Source of the DNA: Podarcis pityusensis
Taxonomy: Eukaryota
Direction: 5' to 3' (one strand)
DNA: 64,000 nt
Assembly (NCBI GenBank): GCA_964106645.2
Contig: OZ067049.1
Below, one piece after another: positions 1-14,800 of this stretch. Below the pieces are notes generated by a model that made no database searches, was not told where the DNA came from, and saw nothing but the letters and a program-made list of their open reading frames with translations. The stretch's first letter is position 1, and each line of letters opens with the position of its first letter. The position numbers and the translations under genes are program-made.

Positions 1-1577
1 CATTCTTCATTTTACTGGAAAATAAGCAGCGTGCCAAAGACAAGGGAGAAAAGGAGGAAAGAAGAATTGAAGAAAGCCTAACTGGGTGGTGTGGGGAAAC
101 CGTTGATGTGGCTTTAAAATTACTGCATGGACATTGCAGTACCCGCATGCTATTTCTTTAAAATTGAAGCTGTTTAGGGGTAAGGGGCATCTACAAAATC
201 TCTCTCTTTCCAAACTGCAAATGGTCTCCACTCCCCATACTCAAACACCCCTCATTTTATCCAGATACACTGCCCTGCAGTTCACTGAGACTTCAAAGTC
301 CCAATGGAAGGAGCATGGAACATTAATTACTTGCAAGTAGGTTCCCATGTTGTCTGTGTCAAGCAGCAGGCTAAGGAACCTGCAAACGGATGTACTTGTT
401 AGTGGAGATCCAGCCTGCTGCTTAACATGGCAGAATGGAACCTTTCCTCCCAAGCATGTATTTTCAAGAAGAAAGTCCTCAAGACTAATCAATTTCACTG
501 CTAAGCAAAAGAAAGGATTTAAAACCTTCCAAAAGGATTTCCTAGACCCTTCAACAATGTACTACTCTGTTGTTGTTGTTGTTGATGACGATTTATTGAA
601 TTTGTATACCGCCCTATACCCGGGGATCTCTCTTAAACTGCAGTTGTTGTATGGAGCAGTTTATGGGACACACGTTGAAAAATTTATAGTTGGTGCAAAT
701 TCAAAGTTTGATTTTCCCCCCTTAAATATCCAAAAGCATTTGTTCTCTTTTACTGTACTATTTAACAATAAAATAATGANNNNNNNNNNNNNNNNNNNNN
801 NNNNNNNNNNNNNNNNNNNNNNNNNNNNNNNNNNNNNNNNNNNNNNNNNNNNNNNNNNNNNNNNNNNNNNNNNNNNNNNNNNNNNNNNNNNNNNNNNNNN
901 NNNNNNNNNNNNNNGCCATGGGAAAGGGTAAAATCGAGAAATTAACAGATAACAATTTCAGAAATGAAACTTTCAAAAAAAAACAACCAACCCAACCCAT
1001 CATATTTGGAGATTTAAAATATGTGAAATAATATATATATGTAGAAGCCTGGAGCATAAGCAAGAGACATGCTTAGTAGAAACATCAGTAGAACAAAACT
1101 GCTTCAGAAGCATGTATGAACAAAAAGACTAAGAAATCAAGAAATCTTACAAATCAAAATATCTGTTCCTTCTGTATGAAACACCTCTTTGTATTACACA
1201 TAATATCTGAAACAATAGTAAACTTGCCTTAACAGAGCTGGTTTTTAGATAGACCCTCTATTTACTAATATCTTTTACATTAAAATGCTGCATGAAAGTT
1301 TCTTTTTATGTAATAAACGAGGGAAAAGACATAAGACAGTTAAGTGGGGCACAAAAGAACAAAATATATTCCCCCTGCCCCTTATTTGTACAAGGTCCAG
1401 TGGAAACCACCGTCTCTGGAATGGTGGAAATCATGGTCTGTACCAACTGAAAGATGCATGAATTTGTCCTAGAATATGGCAACATCAACTTTTTGACAAG
1501 AGTGTTACAGATAAATTCATATGCACACTAGTAAAATGAGAGCTACTACTTAAGCAAAAATCGTAAGGCACCCTTCC

Positions 1578-1698
1578 CAATCCAGTGCCTTCTAGATGTT
1601 GTTGGACTGTAACTCTCATCATCCTTGACTGATGGCATGCTGGATAGAGCTGATGGATATTGTAGTCCAAAACGTCTGCAGACCACAAGACTGGCTGC
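1578..1698. repeat. Diverged copy of the palindromic MITE family
   Basis: agatgttgttggactgtaactctcatca...tgatggatattgtagtccaaaacgtct. Confidence 0.7.
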
Positions 1699-2444
1699 GG
1701 AAGGCTATCCTAACTTGCATGGTCTTCAACTGTTAGTGAATTTCTGTGCACTAGCCAAAAAATTTAAGCTCTTAAAAAGCATACTACTCCCTTAATCAGA
1801 ACTGCTTTTTTCAGTGAAACTAGTTCTTGGTTGTCCAAGAACAATTTAAAAATAACTTCAGTCCGTAGCGTAAATTCCACATACAGAAATATCCCACAAT
1901 TTATATTCACACACGTTTAACTTAATTAAAATTCAGCAGATGTAATATTACCAAAAAACCCTTCCTCCATTTCAGTAGAAGTCACAGAGCTGGAAATAAT
2001 CACAAATATTTTCAATTCACATTGTTTCAATGAGCGACTCACGAATAAAAGCAGTTACATTTTCCAAAGCTCAGGCTGATGGACCTTGCTAATAGTTTGT
2101 GCAATAAAAATAAGTCAAACAGTGAAAAACTGGACTTTTAAAACCCGTACTAAAATGGGGTTGTCATGGTTGTCCTACAAATATTTTTATTTTATAAAAA
2201 GTGGGGAAGATTTTGTTTGAGGCATGATTAATGAAAACAAATGAAGGGCTAGGTGGAACTATCTGTGCTCATTTGGAGCCTTAGAAACAACTGGGCTGTT
2301 GTGTCAGAACTTGAGAAGGAGTAGTCAAAGTAAAAACTATACCTCTGGCATGCTACAATCTGGCACCAAGACTGCTCCTGAAGTCTTCACAGATACAGAC
2401 TACAGAGATTACTCTTGGACATCAAATATGCAAACAATCTACAG

Positions 2445-2578
2445 CAGGGATGGGGAACATGTGGCTCTCCAGATGTTGTTGGACTACAACTCAACAAACC
2501 ACTGGGAATGTTAGCTGGGCCCGGGGGGAGGACAAAATCCAATAAAATCTGGAGGAACACAGGTTCCCCACCACTATC
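2445..2578. repeat. Diverged copy of the palindromic MITE family
   Basis: ggggaacatgtggctctccagatgttgttggactacaact...atctggaggaacacaggttcccc inverted ends. Confidence 0.65.
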
Positions 2579-4803
2579 CTACAGTACTGAGGTTGGTGCC
2601 CATACTGGTGATATAACCTTTGTTTGTTTCAAGTAAGGAGGGAATGTACCATTTCTGGTACAGTAGCTCACTGGAGAGGGGGAAGCATACAGCCCCCGAC
2701 TACCAAAAAAAGGGAAAGAAGTTAACGAAACAGAATGTTGTTCAGAGGTACACCCACAAAAACGGGAAAGATGAACACTCAAATGGAGAATGTGACACCC
2801 CTTTAAAAGGGCTATCAACTTTTGGGGGGAGGCAATTCATTCCTGCTACCCTCCCCTCTCCATATATTTTTAATTTAATATATGGAATATATATTTAGAA
2901 TGTATATTCTACTCAGAAGATTTTTATTTTATTGAATAAGTTTATTAGGTTTTCAAGAAAAGGACACCATCAGCTTGGCTGTGAAAATATTTGCAGTTTA
3001 GGAATGAGTGACTGAGTGTTCTGAGGGGATCCCCTGCCCTGCCTACCATATGCTTTCTTATTCTTTCATAATTATTCTATTTATTTTGTCTCTACCAATG
3101 TAGATTACAAAGACCAAAACAGTGTTGCAATGCATGAAGAAACTTCTCCATGTATATAAAGATTTTTCTAATTAATTTTAAGTATTTCTGATGAAAGTAT
3201 GTGCTATGTTATCCCTTTTTTATTTAGTGAAATCTTTGTATTTTCAAAATTTATTCAGTTTATAAATTTTGCATTATTAATTGAACTGATGCTGCCTGAG
3301 ATACTGAAAATTAATTTTATTGATTGTTTACTCCAGCATTTTTATAGTTAAGGCAATTATTCATATTGCCTGGCTGTGGTTTTTTGATATTATTGTTTTT
3401 ACTTTGGTATGTTCTTGTTAAAAGCTTTGGGCTTCATTTTGGAAAAGTAAGTGGGGTACAAACATTAAATAAAAGAAGAAGAATCCAAATTGAAATGCAA
3501 CCGTTTCCCATTGGAACTGGTAAAGTTTTTGTAAGATTAGCATTTTTTTTCTTCATTGCAGGGTTTGTATCCTGGGCAGGTATTTCAGTAGCTTGAATAA
3601 TTGGCTTTTCTTTTTATTAGGCATCTGTGATCTCCATTTTTTGCGATTTATGACTGTTTACATACTTTGTTTTGATATAACGTATTACCATTTACCATGT
3701 ATGTCTATCATAATTCATTGGTCCCTTTTATGGGTAGCGCCAGTTTGTGTGCTCCTATCTCTCCTGTTTGGTTGGCATCTCTGATCTAGTCTGGTCCACT
3801 CTTCCTCTCCTTTGGTTTCTTTGTTGGGGAGTCACAGAATGGCAGAACACTGCTTCAGGATGATGAGGTAACCTTGTTGAAGCTTGCTATTTATTTTTGT
3901 GTTCCAAATGTTTCATGAACACTTCTCAACTTCTGTGGGTTGGAGGAGGTGGACTCAAGGATGGCAGTGGAAAAGATTATTAGGGCTGCCAGTTGCAATA
4001 TGCAGAATCTGCCCTTTTCTTTCAACACATGGGGAGCAGACCCTCTTAGATTTTGCTGTACTTCCAATTCCCATCAGCATAGCAAATTGATAGTCAGGAA
4101 CGATGGAAACTGGAGTCCAACAGTATTGTGGTGGACAAACGTTCCTGCTTTAACACTACTGGTACAGCAGAAGAGGTTGCAATTGCTTCATCTCCTGCCT
4201 ACTCTTTTATTGGATTTCTCTCTCAACTTTACACAACAACATCCAAGATGACACTGGGCAGGAGATGTAGCAGCAACATCATCTCTTGCTGCATCACTAA
4301 TTGTTAATTTTCAAAGTTGCCCCAATAGTCTGCAACCAAAGCATAACAGGTACAACGACTAATGCCATAGTATGTGTCAGTGCCCATTAAACAAATGAAT
4401 TGACTAGGCAATGCAAACATTATAGATGCGAAGCACTTTATGACTGAAGTGAGCTACTTCTGGCTGAATGTGCCTATCGGCCCACTGTTGTGCAATTTTA
4501 AATTATGTTCCAAAGTCTGGGAATAATAGAAACTATTTATACTAAAAGCGTGCTTTGAAGACCTATAAGATGTTGCACTTTTTAACTGTTTACTTCTCCA
4601 AACCATGGTTACTAAGTAAAAAAAAAGAAATGGGGGGTATGCAGGAGAACCAGCTAAGTGTGGTCATAATTTCCTAGTACATTTCCTAGAAGCTACCAAT
4701 TTTGCATCTACCAATGTTTCATTTATCCATCACGGCAAGTCTAAGTTTGTGCAAATAATAGAATAATGAACAGGGGAGATGGCAAAAATAAAAATAAAAA
4801 TTA

Positions 4804-5328
<525 letters not shown>

Positions 5329-5352
5329 TTAGATGATTTTTTTTTTACAGGC

Positions 5353-5410
5353 ACACACACACACACACACACACATGTGTATATATATAGAGAGAGAGCG
5401 AGAGAGCGCA
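5353..5410. repeat. Compound (CA)n(TA)n(GA)n microsatellite just upstream of the exon 7 acceptor
   Basis: Directly visible. Confidence 0.9.
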
Positions 5411-6070
5411 CAGCATGGTTGATAATCTTCACGATAAGATTATTCTCTATTTGATTACAGAGCATCGCCAATAAAACATTGCTAGCATTTTCCCAGCTGT
5501 ATTTTTTTTATAGACAATGCATTATTTATTTAATAAAATTTATTATAAAGAAAAATCTCCAAGCGGATTACAAGAAAGCCAAAACAATAAAATTATCAGC
5601 AAAAACAGCTCTTTAAAATACTCAAATAATAAGTAATATCAGCAATAAGTGATAAAAATATTAAAACACATGTAAGGAAACATTCTACCTATCTGGATAG
5701 GAAGGTCTGCTCTAAAGAAAACTGATTTTAGCAGATGAAGAAAAAAGCATCGTGAAGGCACCTGCTGGATGCCAATAGGCTCTTGGAAAACTTGAGAAAG
5801 CTCTTCACTCCCAAGAAGAGGGCAATTGGCATTATCAGTTCTGTAAAGCTTCAGCTTACAAACACCGAGTCTCTCATATAGTACAATAAAAATTACCTTT
5901 GTATTCGGCCTGTTCCTTTTTACATCCACTATTTAAAGCCCCCCCCCAAAAAAACCTGAGAGTATTTTAAAGATTTTTCTTTCAAGTTACATTATTGTTG
6001 TTATTATTGGACAAATTTTAACTTCTGGGTGTATTCCAGCCAGTAGTTTTAGAATGGCTAGAATGGTTTG

Positions 6071-6088
6071 TTTATTATTATTAATTAC

Positions 6089-6120
<32 letters not shown>
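6071..6120. repeat. (TAT)n microsatellite
   Basis: Directly visible; explains the poly-Ile ORFs in the track. Confidence 0.95.
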
Positions 6121-7414
6121 GCATTTGGAAAAGTGAATGCAAAGCTGTTATTAAAAGCACGGCCAGCAAATCCCTGGCTATGCAGAGGTGGAAAACTCGT
6201 TTCTTTTCTAATGGCACAGCTAATATGGGGAATGAAATTCTGCAACAGTCTCTCAAAAGTTATTGGATACTATAACCATACACATCTGGTTTTGAGAATA
6301 CATAGCAGAAGCTTATGCGAAGCTCCATCATTTGAATGTTCATCAGAAAGCTTTTAAAAAACCTGAACAAAACTGAAAATAAATGCTGAATCCAGAGTAT
6401 TTATTTCGGAAGGTACTGAAGTTACAAGTGATTTCTGTATATTAAACTGTGGTTCGGTTAACACAGGCCTCATTTGTACATTTGTGTACATATTTTAACA
6501 CCTCATCACTTTTTAAATAGCCACTGTTTTCATTCCTGGGTACGGAAAAACTTGTGAAGAAATTCCTGTGAAAATCAGGCTGCAAACTGCCCACAACAGC
6601 CTTGCGGGCAGCCTTTTCTGCTGTTGTGGGGTGCTGATTTGTGACATTCTGCCAGCAGCGACTGACAGGTGCTGCAGACTTGGTCATATACAGCAACCCG
6701 TTTTCACACACGTTTTTCCATAATCCCATACCTAGGGAGGAATAGCTGTAGAAATGCCACTTACAGTTTAGTCCTAACTCATAAGCAAGCCCCACCCTTA
6801 CTCATGAATCCAATGAATTCATGGGACTTACCGCCTGGTAATTGTGTAATAGGACCGCAGCCTAAGAACTGATATTACACCACCCAGTTTGCAGTTAAAA
6901 ATGTGAGCAGGCTCCAATGAAAAACAATGTGGCTAAAATGTGGCGCAAACTGATAGGAAGGCTCTCTGTGTTACTCTATCTGTGACAGCTGTCTCACCAC
7001 ACGCAAACCATCATAGGCGAACCATCGTTTAATATGGCAGTCATCAAGAGTAAGCATGCATGAATTTCACCAGTAGTCTGACCCCTTTTTTCTTCTTAGA
7101 GCAGGTCAATGGCTGCTAGCATATTTATATAGCAATCTATTATATTTTCACTATCTAAGCTTAACTTTTCAAAAAAAAAAAAAAAAAAAAAAAAGGTAAT
7201 ATAATTTAATAAAAGCATATTTTGGCAAACTGTTACGTCCTAATCCCTGTCTAACTAGGTCTTGCACAGATAAAGATTGGCCTTAATCCAGTTAGTGTTT
7301 TGGTACAGATTGTGGTTTTATGTGATGTTCTGGTAAATTTTATGGTTTTAGTATGCTTTTTCCATTTTAGAAAAGGCACACAAATGTTGAGATAAATGGC
7401 CATAAATGGTACTA

Positions 7415-7629
7415 CAGTGGTACCTCGGGTTACAGATGCTTCAGGTTACAGACTCCGCTAACCCGGAAGTAGTACCTCAGGTTAAGAACTTTGCTTCAGG
7501 ATGAGAACAGAAATCGCCCTGTGGCGGCGGGAGGCCCCATTAGCTAAAGTGGTGCCTCAGGTTAAGAACAGTTTCAGGTTAAGAACGGACCTCCGGAACA
7601 AATTAAGTACTTAACCCAAGGTACCACTG
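7415..7629. mobile_element. Tc1/mariner-pogo (Tigger-like) MITE
   Basis: TIRs CAGTGGTACCTCGGGTTA / TAACCCAAGGTACCACTG, flanked by TA on both sides. Confidence 0.9.
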
Positions 7630-8339
7630 TAATTTAAATTCTATCACTGACTGCAATGCAATTTGGATCAGATTATATAGACATCCATCACTGGACTCTT
7701 GATTTGACTTCATAGAAACATGAAGCTTCAAATAGGAACTGACTTCTGTTTTCACTCCAGGGTGTTTGACACATTCAAAAGTTATTAACCCCATGTTTCA
7801 GTAAACCCTGTGATGTGGAGGAGAACATCGTAATGGAGATGCAGGGATAATCATGGTGCCTACATACAGTCAAAATAATCCTTTGGCTACAGGGTTCACT
7901 GAGAAACCATGAGCAAAAAAATATGGTGAATTTAGTTTTTCTTAAATCAAGAGATTATTTTCTTAAACCAGTATTGTAACATACGGTCATTATTATTATT
8001 TCTGCTATGATGGCCACAAGACAGATTTAAAATCTGAAATGTTTTCAGTATTCAAAATGTTACGATTCCCTTTTTTATTTCTAAAACTTTGAGAAAGCTA
8101 ACAGGTGTCAGTATGCCAATATTAATGAATACTAATTTTTAAAACTACACATTATTAACATTCAAGCATTTACACAGCTTTCTTCCTCTTCCTTGGCTAT
8201 ACTGTACAAAAAGTCTTCTGGGAGCAGGAAAACTTTATCTCATCTCTTGTACATATTAGCAAAAACAAGTCCAAGTTTCCAGAATCTGAATAAGCTTAAA
8301 AGTGCTTCAAATCATAAACAAGTAGTCACCATTACTTCA

Positions 8340-8552
<213 letters not shown>

Positions 8553-11500
8553 TTAAGACTCAATACCATATTGAATTCTAACTCTTTAGATCCCTGCTAT
8601 TTGTGCCAGTATCTTTGACAGAAATACCAGCGTAGCATCACTTGCAAAAATTATGTCATATTTTTATCTAGCCCATGACCCTCTGGGGGCTGTTTTTCCA
8701 CACAAACATACATTAATGGAAGACAACACATATTCTCCCTTGTGTTAAAAATCATGTAAAGTTTTGTTTTGACACATCTTAAAGCTGCTATGTTAGGAGG
8801 CTTCCAGGGAAAGAAAATGCAACAAAATCTGAGCTTGCACGATCTTCTCACATGACTATGTAAAAACAGGTACACCCACGTAGGAAAAAATGGCAATTTT
8901 TAATGAATGGTCAATGATAGCGGCTTATAAGTCTTATTGAAGGAAGCTACAAGATTCCATTTTTGCATCATATTCATTTGCTATTATTTAATTATGCAAA
9001 CCTAAAATTCTAATAGTATTTCTATAAAGAATAATTTTCTAGAATAATTTTATCCCCTACTTCCCCCACTCATCAAGTGCTATTTTTAGTTTTCAGGCTC
9101 AATAAGAAATAATCCTTAACATACGCAAGGAAATATATCAATTTAATACATTAAGATGAATTTGAATGGATCCACCCTCCACTCGTAACAGAGATAGTAG
9201 TTGAGCTTGTTATACCAGGTACTATAGTGAAGTTGCATCCCCCCCCCCCAATTTGCAACTCCATCCCTCACCTTCAGAGGACAACACAATTTACCTGTTG
9301 GGTGTGGTACAGTACATTAGACCTTCTTCCCATCCTTACAGATGGGAAGTGACAAGCCATCTAAGTTTCTTTAATCATAACTCTTACAATGAACCAGAGG
9401 GGCTTGGTCAGATAACTACCTTGTTTGTAATACTACTTGTCCTTTATGAATCAATAAAGGTGGGTAGCAGAGGATCAAAAAAGTACAAGGACTATGTATG
9501 GTGAAGCAATGGCATGAGGCAGAAATCATGGAAGTCCAAAATCGAAGTGCCAAGATAAAGACATCCTGAGAATTAACACCTGTGGGACTTTTCAAGTCTG
9601 TAAAATGACAGACGGCTGTCAATCCTGTTGTCACGTGCTAGCTAAGTATCATATCAGAAAGACAGCTAAAAGATTACTGTTGTCAACTCTCTGCAAGGCA
9701 ATCTTGTGTTCATTCAATTTCACATGAAAAGGACTTTTTCATATATATATATTATCTTTCAAATATACAACTCCCAAGTGAATATAACACTGCAATACAT
9801 TTAAAGGTTCGCACTGAGATTTTTCTGTAGCTGGCTTTTACCATTTTTCTTTCTGCTTCAAATACTTCTAAAGTTAACTTAAATATTGCTAGTTGGCAAA
9901 GAGATTTGCAAAGACGTATTTTCAGTTATTTTCTCCGTGCTGCCTATGGCTGCAAAAAGCTTTAAAATACAGGCAAAAAAAGAAATAACATAAAATATAG
10001 CAAGTTATAGTGTCAGAGATAGTGACACTGGTAACAGCTTTTGCCCTTTCCTGGGAAAGGAAAAAAATTTGGACAATTTAAACTGCCGACAGATCTCTGT
10101 GTCTCTGCACATCCACTGCGAAATTGCTTGAGTTCATATGTGTCTCTAAGATCAAAAAGTACCCAAATTTATACATGCACAGTACTTGTAGTTCTTTTTC
10201 TGAGAGTCTGATGAAGATTTGATCTGAAATGGTGCCACCTTTCCAAAAGCCCTACTACACTGGGATGCTACCATCTGCCACAGACTGAGCTTTCTTTTAC
10301 AGCCAAATACATTATTTATAATTATCTCTTCCATAACTATGTGGCAATAGGGATTGATTCCCACTCCCCACCCCAGTTCATTTTTGCTTCATCTAGACAG
10401 CTTTAAAATGTATCCTATATTCTGAATCCTAGCCTCGCATAATATGGGATAAGATGGCATCGCAGTAATTTTGCATACATTTTGTGATTTAAAGGGGCGG
10501 GGAAGACCTGAGGTCTCTCATCTGTTTTTTTATATATATTGTTTATTCATAAGACAAGAGAAGATTTATCCCTAGGTGTACTTTTATATCTGATCCAATC
10601 TTCATCAACCAGTACAGCATATTATAGATGGCCTTTCTTAACTATGACCTGTAGGTTCTCTCCTCGTAAATGGCTTATGATTAAAAATGCATTGTTGTTC
10701 ATTCTGGGAAGCAACAGAAAAAACAACGTTAATCAGGTCAGTTCAATCATCTAAACCAAAACTGTTCATGCTTTGCTGCCAAATCAACCAGCCACTACAA
10801 AATCTGTTATCTGTGATTGCTCAGCTTCAGGTCACAAAACCATTTATCTTCCACTGTCCCCAAATTCCATGCTGCCGCCCCCCACTCACCATTTTTAAGT
10901 ATAATTTTTTACATATCTGTAAAGAAGACCGTGAACAGCTTCATCAAAGAAGATACAAATTTACAAAAAAGTGCTATCTGACCTAGGAGGCAACTTAAGA
11001 AATCGATGTTCTAAGATGACTGCAAGAACAGAGATATTTAGTCTATTTTTGCATGTGAAAAGTATGCCCTTCCAAAAGTATCATAGCCAGAACTTTCATA
11101 GTCCTTTCTGATTGTTTAAACTGGAAATGAAAAATAATCATTTATATAACTGGCTCATTGTTCTTGAAAGCTTTCAAGCTCTATCAGCAGAGGGGGCAAG
11201 NNNNNNNNNNNNNNNNNNNNNNNNNNNNNNNNNNNNNNNNNNNNNNNNNNNNNNNNNNNNNNNNNNNNNNNNNNNNNNNNNNNNNNNNNNNNNNNNNNNN
11301 NNNNNNNNNNNNNNNNNNNNNNNNNNNNNNNNNNNNNNNNAGAACAGTCCTGACATCTCATAAGCCTAAGGGTGAATAACAAGAGATTGTTTTTGATAGT
11401 TATAAATATTCAAAAGACATGCAGACCATCTGCTTTCATATTACAGGTAAAGCAAGTCTGAAATGGTGACTGCTATACAAAAATGGTTCTTTTAACAAAG

Positions 11501-14500
11501 TCTTCCTCTCCTCAAAAACTATAAAGACAGATGTCAAAAGCTGTTTATACAGGGTAATCAGGAGTGTGCAAGATGCAATATTCCTTTTATGCACAGAGCT
11601 TGCTAGAGAGTTTCTCTTATTTCTTCCCATCCATGTGTTGCCAGCACATTTCTAGGAATTTTTTTTTTTTAAATCTTTTGAAAAATGGAGATCTCACAAA
11701 TACCCGAAAAGATGGCTATTTGTATCACGAATGCTAATTAATATCAGCAAAGGAGTTCCCCCTAATTCTATTGGAAAGGAAGCATGGATTTGAAATGCCA
11801 CACTGTAGGTGGAAGACAATGAAAGAATTAAACAAGGTTAATTGTATACTACCCTGTCACTCAGCATTTCCACATCACCACCTTGTACACAAGTCAACAT
11901 CTGTTAAATTAGGATTTGCTATAAGCAACCCAAGTCTCCCCCCACCCCACTTCAAATAAGGTTTTATTTATGCTTTAACATTAATCACACTCTCCACGAG
12001 TAGGCTTATAACAACATAATGATTTTGTCAAGTGGCAAGTTAAAAGATACCTTATCTTCGAAGCAGAATATTAAGAGCACTGTCCATAAACCCTTACCGT
12101 CAATTTTCAGAACTGAAAAATTATCTTGACAGTAACCTTTTAATGTATCACATTAATGACCCAGCAGTGTTAAGCACCTTGTTTTTATAATTCTCAATAA
12201 AAGGGACATTTAATGAACAATCTGTCAAAGTACTGGTTCCTTTTCTTCTTTCTGTCTCTCTTCCCTTCACCCAGTACTATTAAAGGCTGTTCCCAATTCT
12301 GTAGACTCTCTTTTTTATTCATCAGACACAGAAGAGAAGTGAGGAGTGGGTAAGGGAAGGCCATTTCAAACATCAGGGTTTTTTAAAGGGCTTATGATAA
12401 CCTAATTTTTCAGTTTCTGAAAATACATATACTCACAGCCCCCCAACAAACACGTCATGCATATCCAATGTAAATGATACCAGAATCCATGACTATGGAC
12501 TTCAGATTCACATTGCATGTACCTGAAGAAAAAACAAACCACAACCCTCCTGTTGATACTCCCACCCCACCCACAAGCCTTGCTTGTGTTGCCCTCATTC
12601 ATTACATCCTTCTGTCTGCAATGGAGGACAACCACCAGATTTTATTCTCAACGGACCAGGGTCTGTTGAGCTATTTAGCAAAAAGAAAAGGAAAAACCTA
12701 GTCCTTACACTTCAGCTTTGCAAGTCAGTATTGAAACTGATGTCAATTTTAAGACGGAGTGATTCCTAAACAACCACCCAAAAGAAATTGCTATATAATA
12801 TCAGTATAACAAAAAACCAACATCCCTCATTTCTTCATAAAGGTGAATAGATAGAAGAAGCTTGGTGGATCTGTACATGAAATAGATTCTAAACCTTCAG
12901 AAAAAGGCCAGCTCCTACCCGCTTTTCCCAGTCCCTGAAATATCAGGGCTTCTTCAGAAGAGCTCAACAGACAGGAGGAGAAAGACTATCGGTACAGAGG
13001 GGAAAGGATTCCTTTCTAATTTGTATTCTATATTGCTTAATATAACTCGTGGATCTCAGGAACCCCTTAAAAACATATAGGACCTAGAGATTGGCACATA
13101 AATTCTTCACAAGGATTGGGGTAAGATTTGGGAATCATGACCCTTATAATGTTTTTTACAGTTTTCTTAGAGAAAACTCCTTAAAATTATTACACAGATG
13201 GTATCCCACTCATTTGAAAAGGTCAGAAATGTCTTCTTCTATTGTTACTAGAAGCTCCAGACACTTTTAAATAAGATTTGGCATTCCTTTATGACAGATA
13301 TAGTGGAACCGTCATTTTCAAGACAACCCTCGTCACAAGCGTGGCAAATCTGGAACTGTAACTTGATGATCTGATAATGCTGAGAGTCTTTACTTAGACT
13401 TTGAGTTACTTTTACTCAAGTGCAACTACTCATTCTACAGTCAAGAGGTGAGCTGCAGCTTGTGAATCTTCAGAACTGTCCTCAGGGACAATATATAGTG
13501 CCCTGCAGTAGGCAACCCATTAAATACAAAGTTGGAAGTTATGGTTGCTAGCTCCTGTTTTTGACAGTGACAGAGTTATCAGATGCAACTGATAAAAGAT
13601 CAACTGGACACATTTGTCAGCTCATTGATGACCTTTGCTGAAGATGGATCAGCGAGTAGGAAGTACACCATCATATGCACAGGTAGATTTATAAAGTTTA
13701 ATTATGAAATTGTTGCTACAATACACCAATATTTCGACTCAAGATTTTGGTGTTTTTTTCATGTTTAAATGGAAATGTCTTGTGATATTTCAAGACCTAT
13801 TGACACACCTGAGACAGTTTCACCCTAGAAAATCCACAATGTCCAGGACACATCTGGAGCTATAATGATAAAAGGCAAGGCATTAAAGGCTACAATGCAA
13901 ATGGAAGCAGAAACCTATGAAGGTGGACAAACTGAAACACAGATAACCCCATATCAGATTTATTATTCCAAGTATCTATTACCACGCTAAAAGCTTTAGC
14001 CTGCAATGGACTTGGGTCCCATTCACGTAACTTTCCCTTTCATTGTGCAGCTTTAAACTGACAGTTTGAATTGGCACACAGTGACCAACTGTGCAAATAA
14101 GTTTGTCAAGCCCCAGAATGCGCAAGAGCTGTTCTATACAATACTGTGACAACACTCATAGAACATTGATAGCCTACCAGTCTATGCAAAACAAATTAGG
14201 CCACATACATCCAGGAAAAAGAAAGAAAAAGAAAACTATCTGAGGTACTTTTTATTTGCATTGTTCTTCATTTGAAAGGAAAAGCTAAGGACCGTATCAC
14301 TTCAGATTAGAGAAAACACATTTAAAATATTTCCCCATATTAGAAAAGAAAGCATGCTGCCCTTCTGAAAGGCTCCTCCGTCAGACTAGTTTTTAGATGT
14401 CCTTTTTACAGTCTATACATGGTAATTTGGGCTCATGATGGTGTCAGGGCAGTTATATGTGATGACATTTTCAATACTGTCTGTGCCTATAAAAGTCTTG

Positions 14501-14678
14501 GGGTGGACATACTGCTTCATTTCTAATGTTCTGTAGCTTCCTGCTGAAATACTGCAATTTTCACACATATATTTTTTTTTGGGGGGGGGAATCAGGCAAG
14601 TGGCTCGCCCTGCTTGTATTGCGCCATAGTGCCCTTCCAGACTGAAATGATTCCCTAACACTGGGCATCATTGTAGAA

Positions 14679-14800
14679 CAGCCTTTCTCAAGCTGTGGGT
14701 CGCCAGATGTTGTTGAACTACAACTCCCATCACCCCTAGCTAGCAAGGCCAGCGCTCAGGGATGATGGGAGTTGTAGTCCAACAACATCTGGGGACCCAC
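14679..14800. repeat. Palindromic squamate MITE (GTTGGACTACAACTCCCATCA family)
   Basis: CCAGATGTTGTTGAACTACAACTCCCATCA...TGATGGGAGTTGTAGTCCAACAACATCTGG hairpin. More diverged copies at ~1578-1698, ~2445-2578 and ~4028-4155. Confidence 0.8.

Noticed and set aside
347-1063. 194-aa and 101-aa ORFs; possibility that SATB1 exon 8 lies in the N gap
   Set aside because: ORF length is inflated by Ns. No GLLSEILRKEEDP-type sequence was seen in 1-4839 and the 135-nt gap is shorter than the expected exon, so exon 8 lies outside the window.
5987-6275. Hydrophobic poly-Ile ORFs resembling membrane peptides
   Set aside because: Artefact of the (TAT)n microsatellite.
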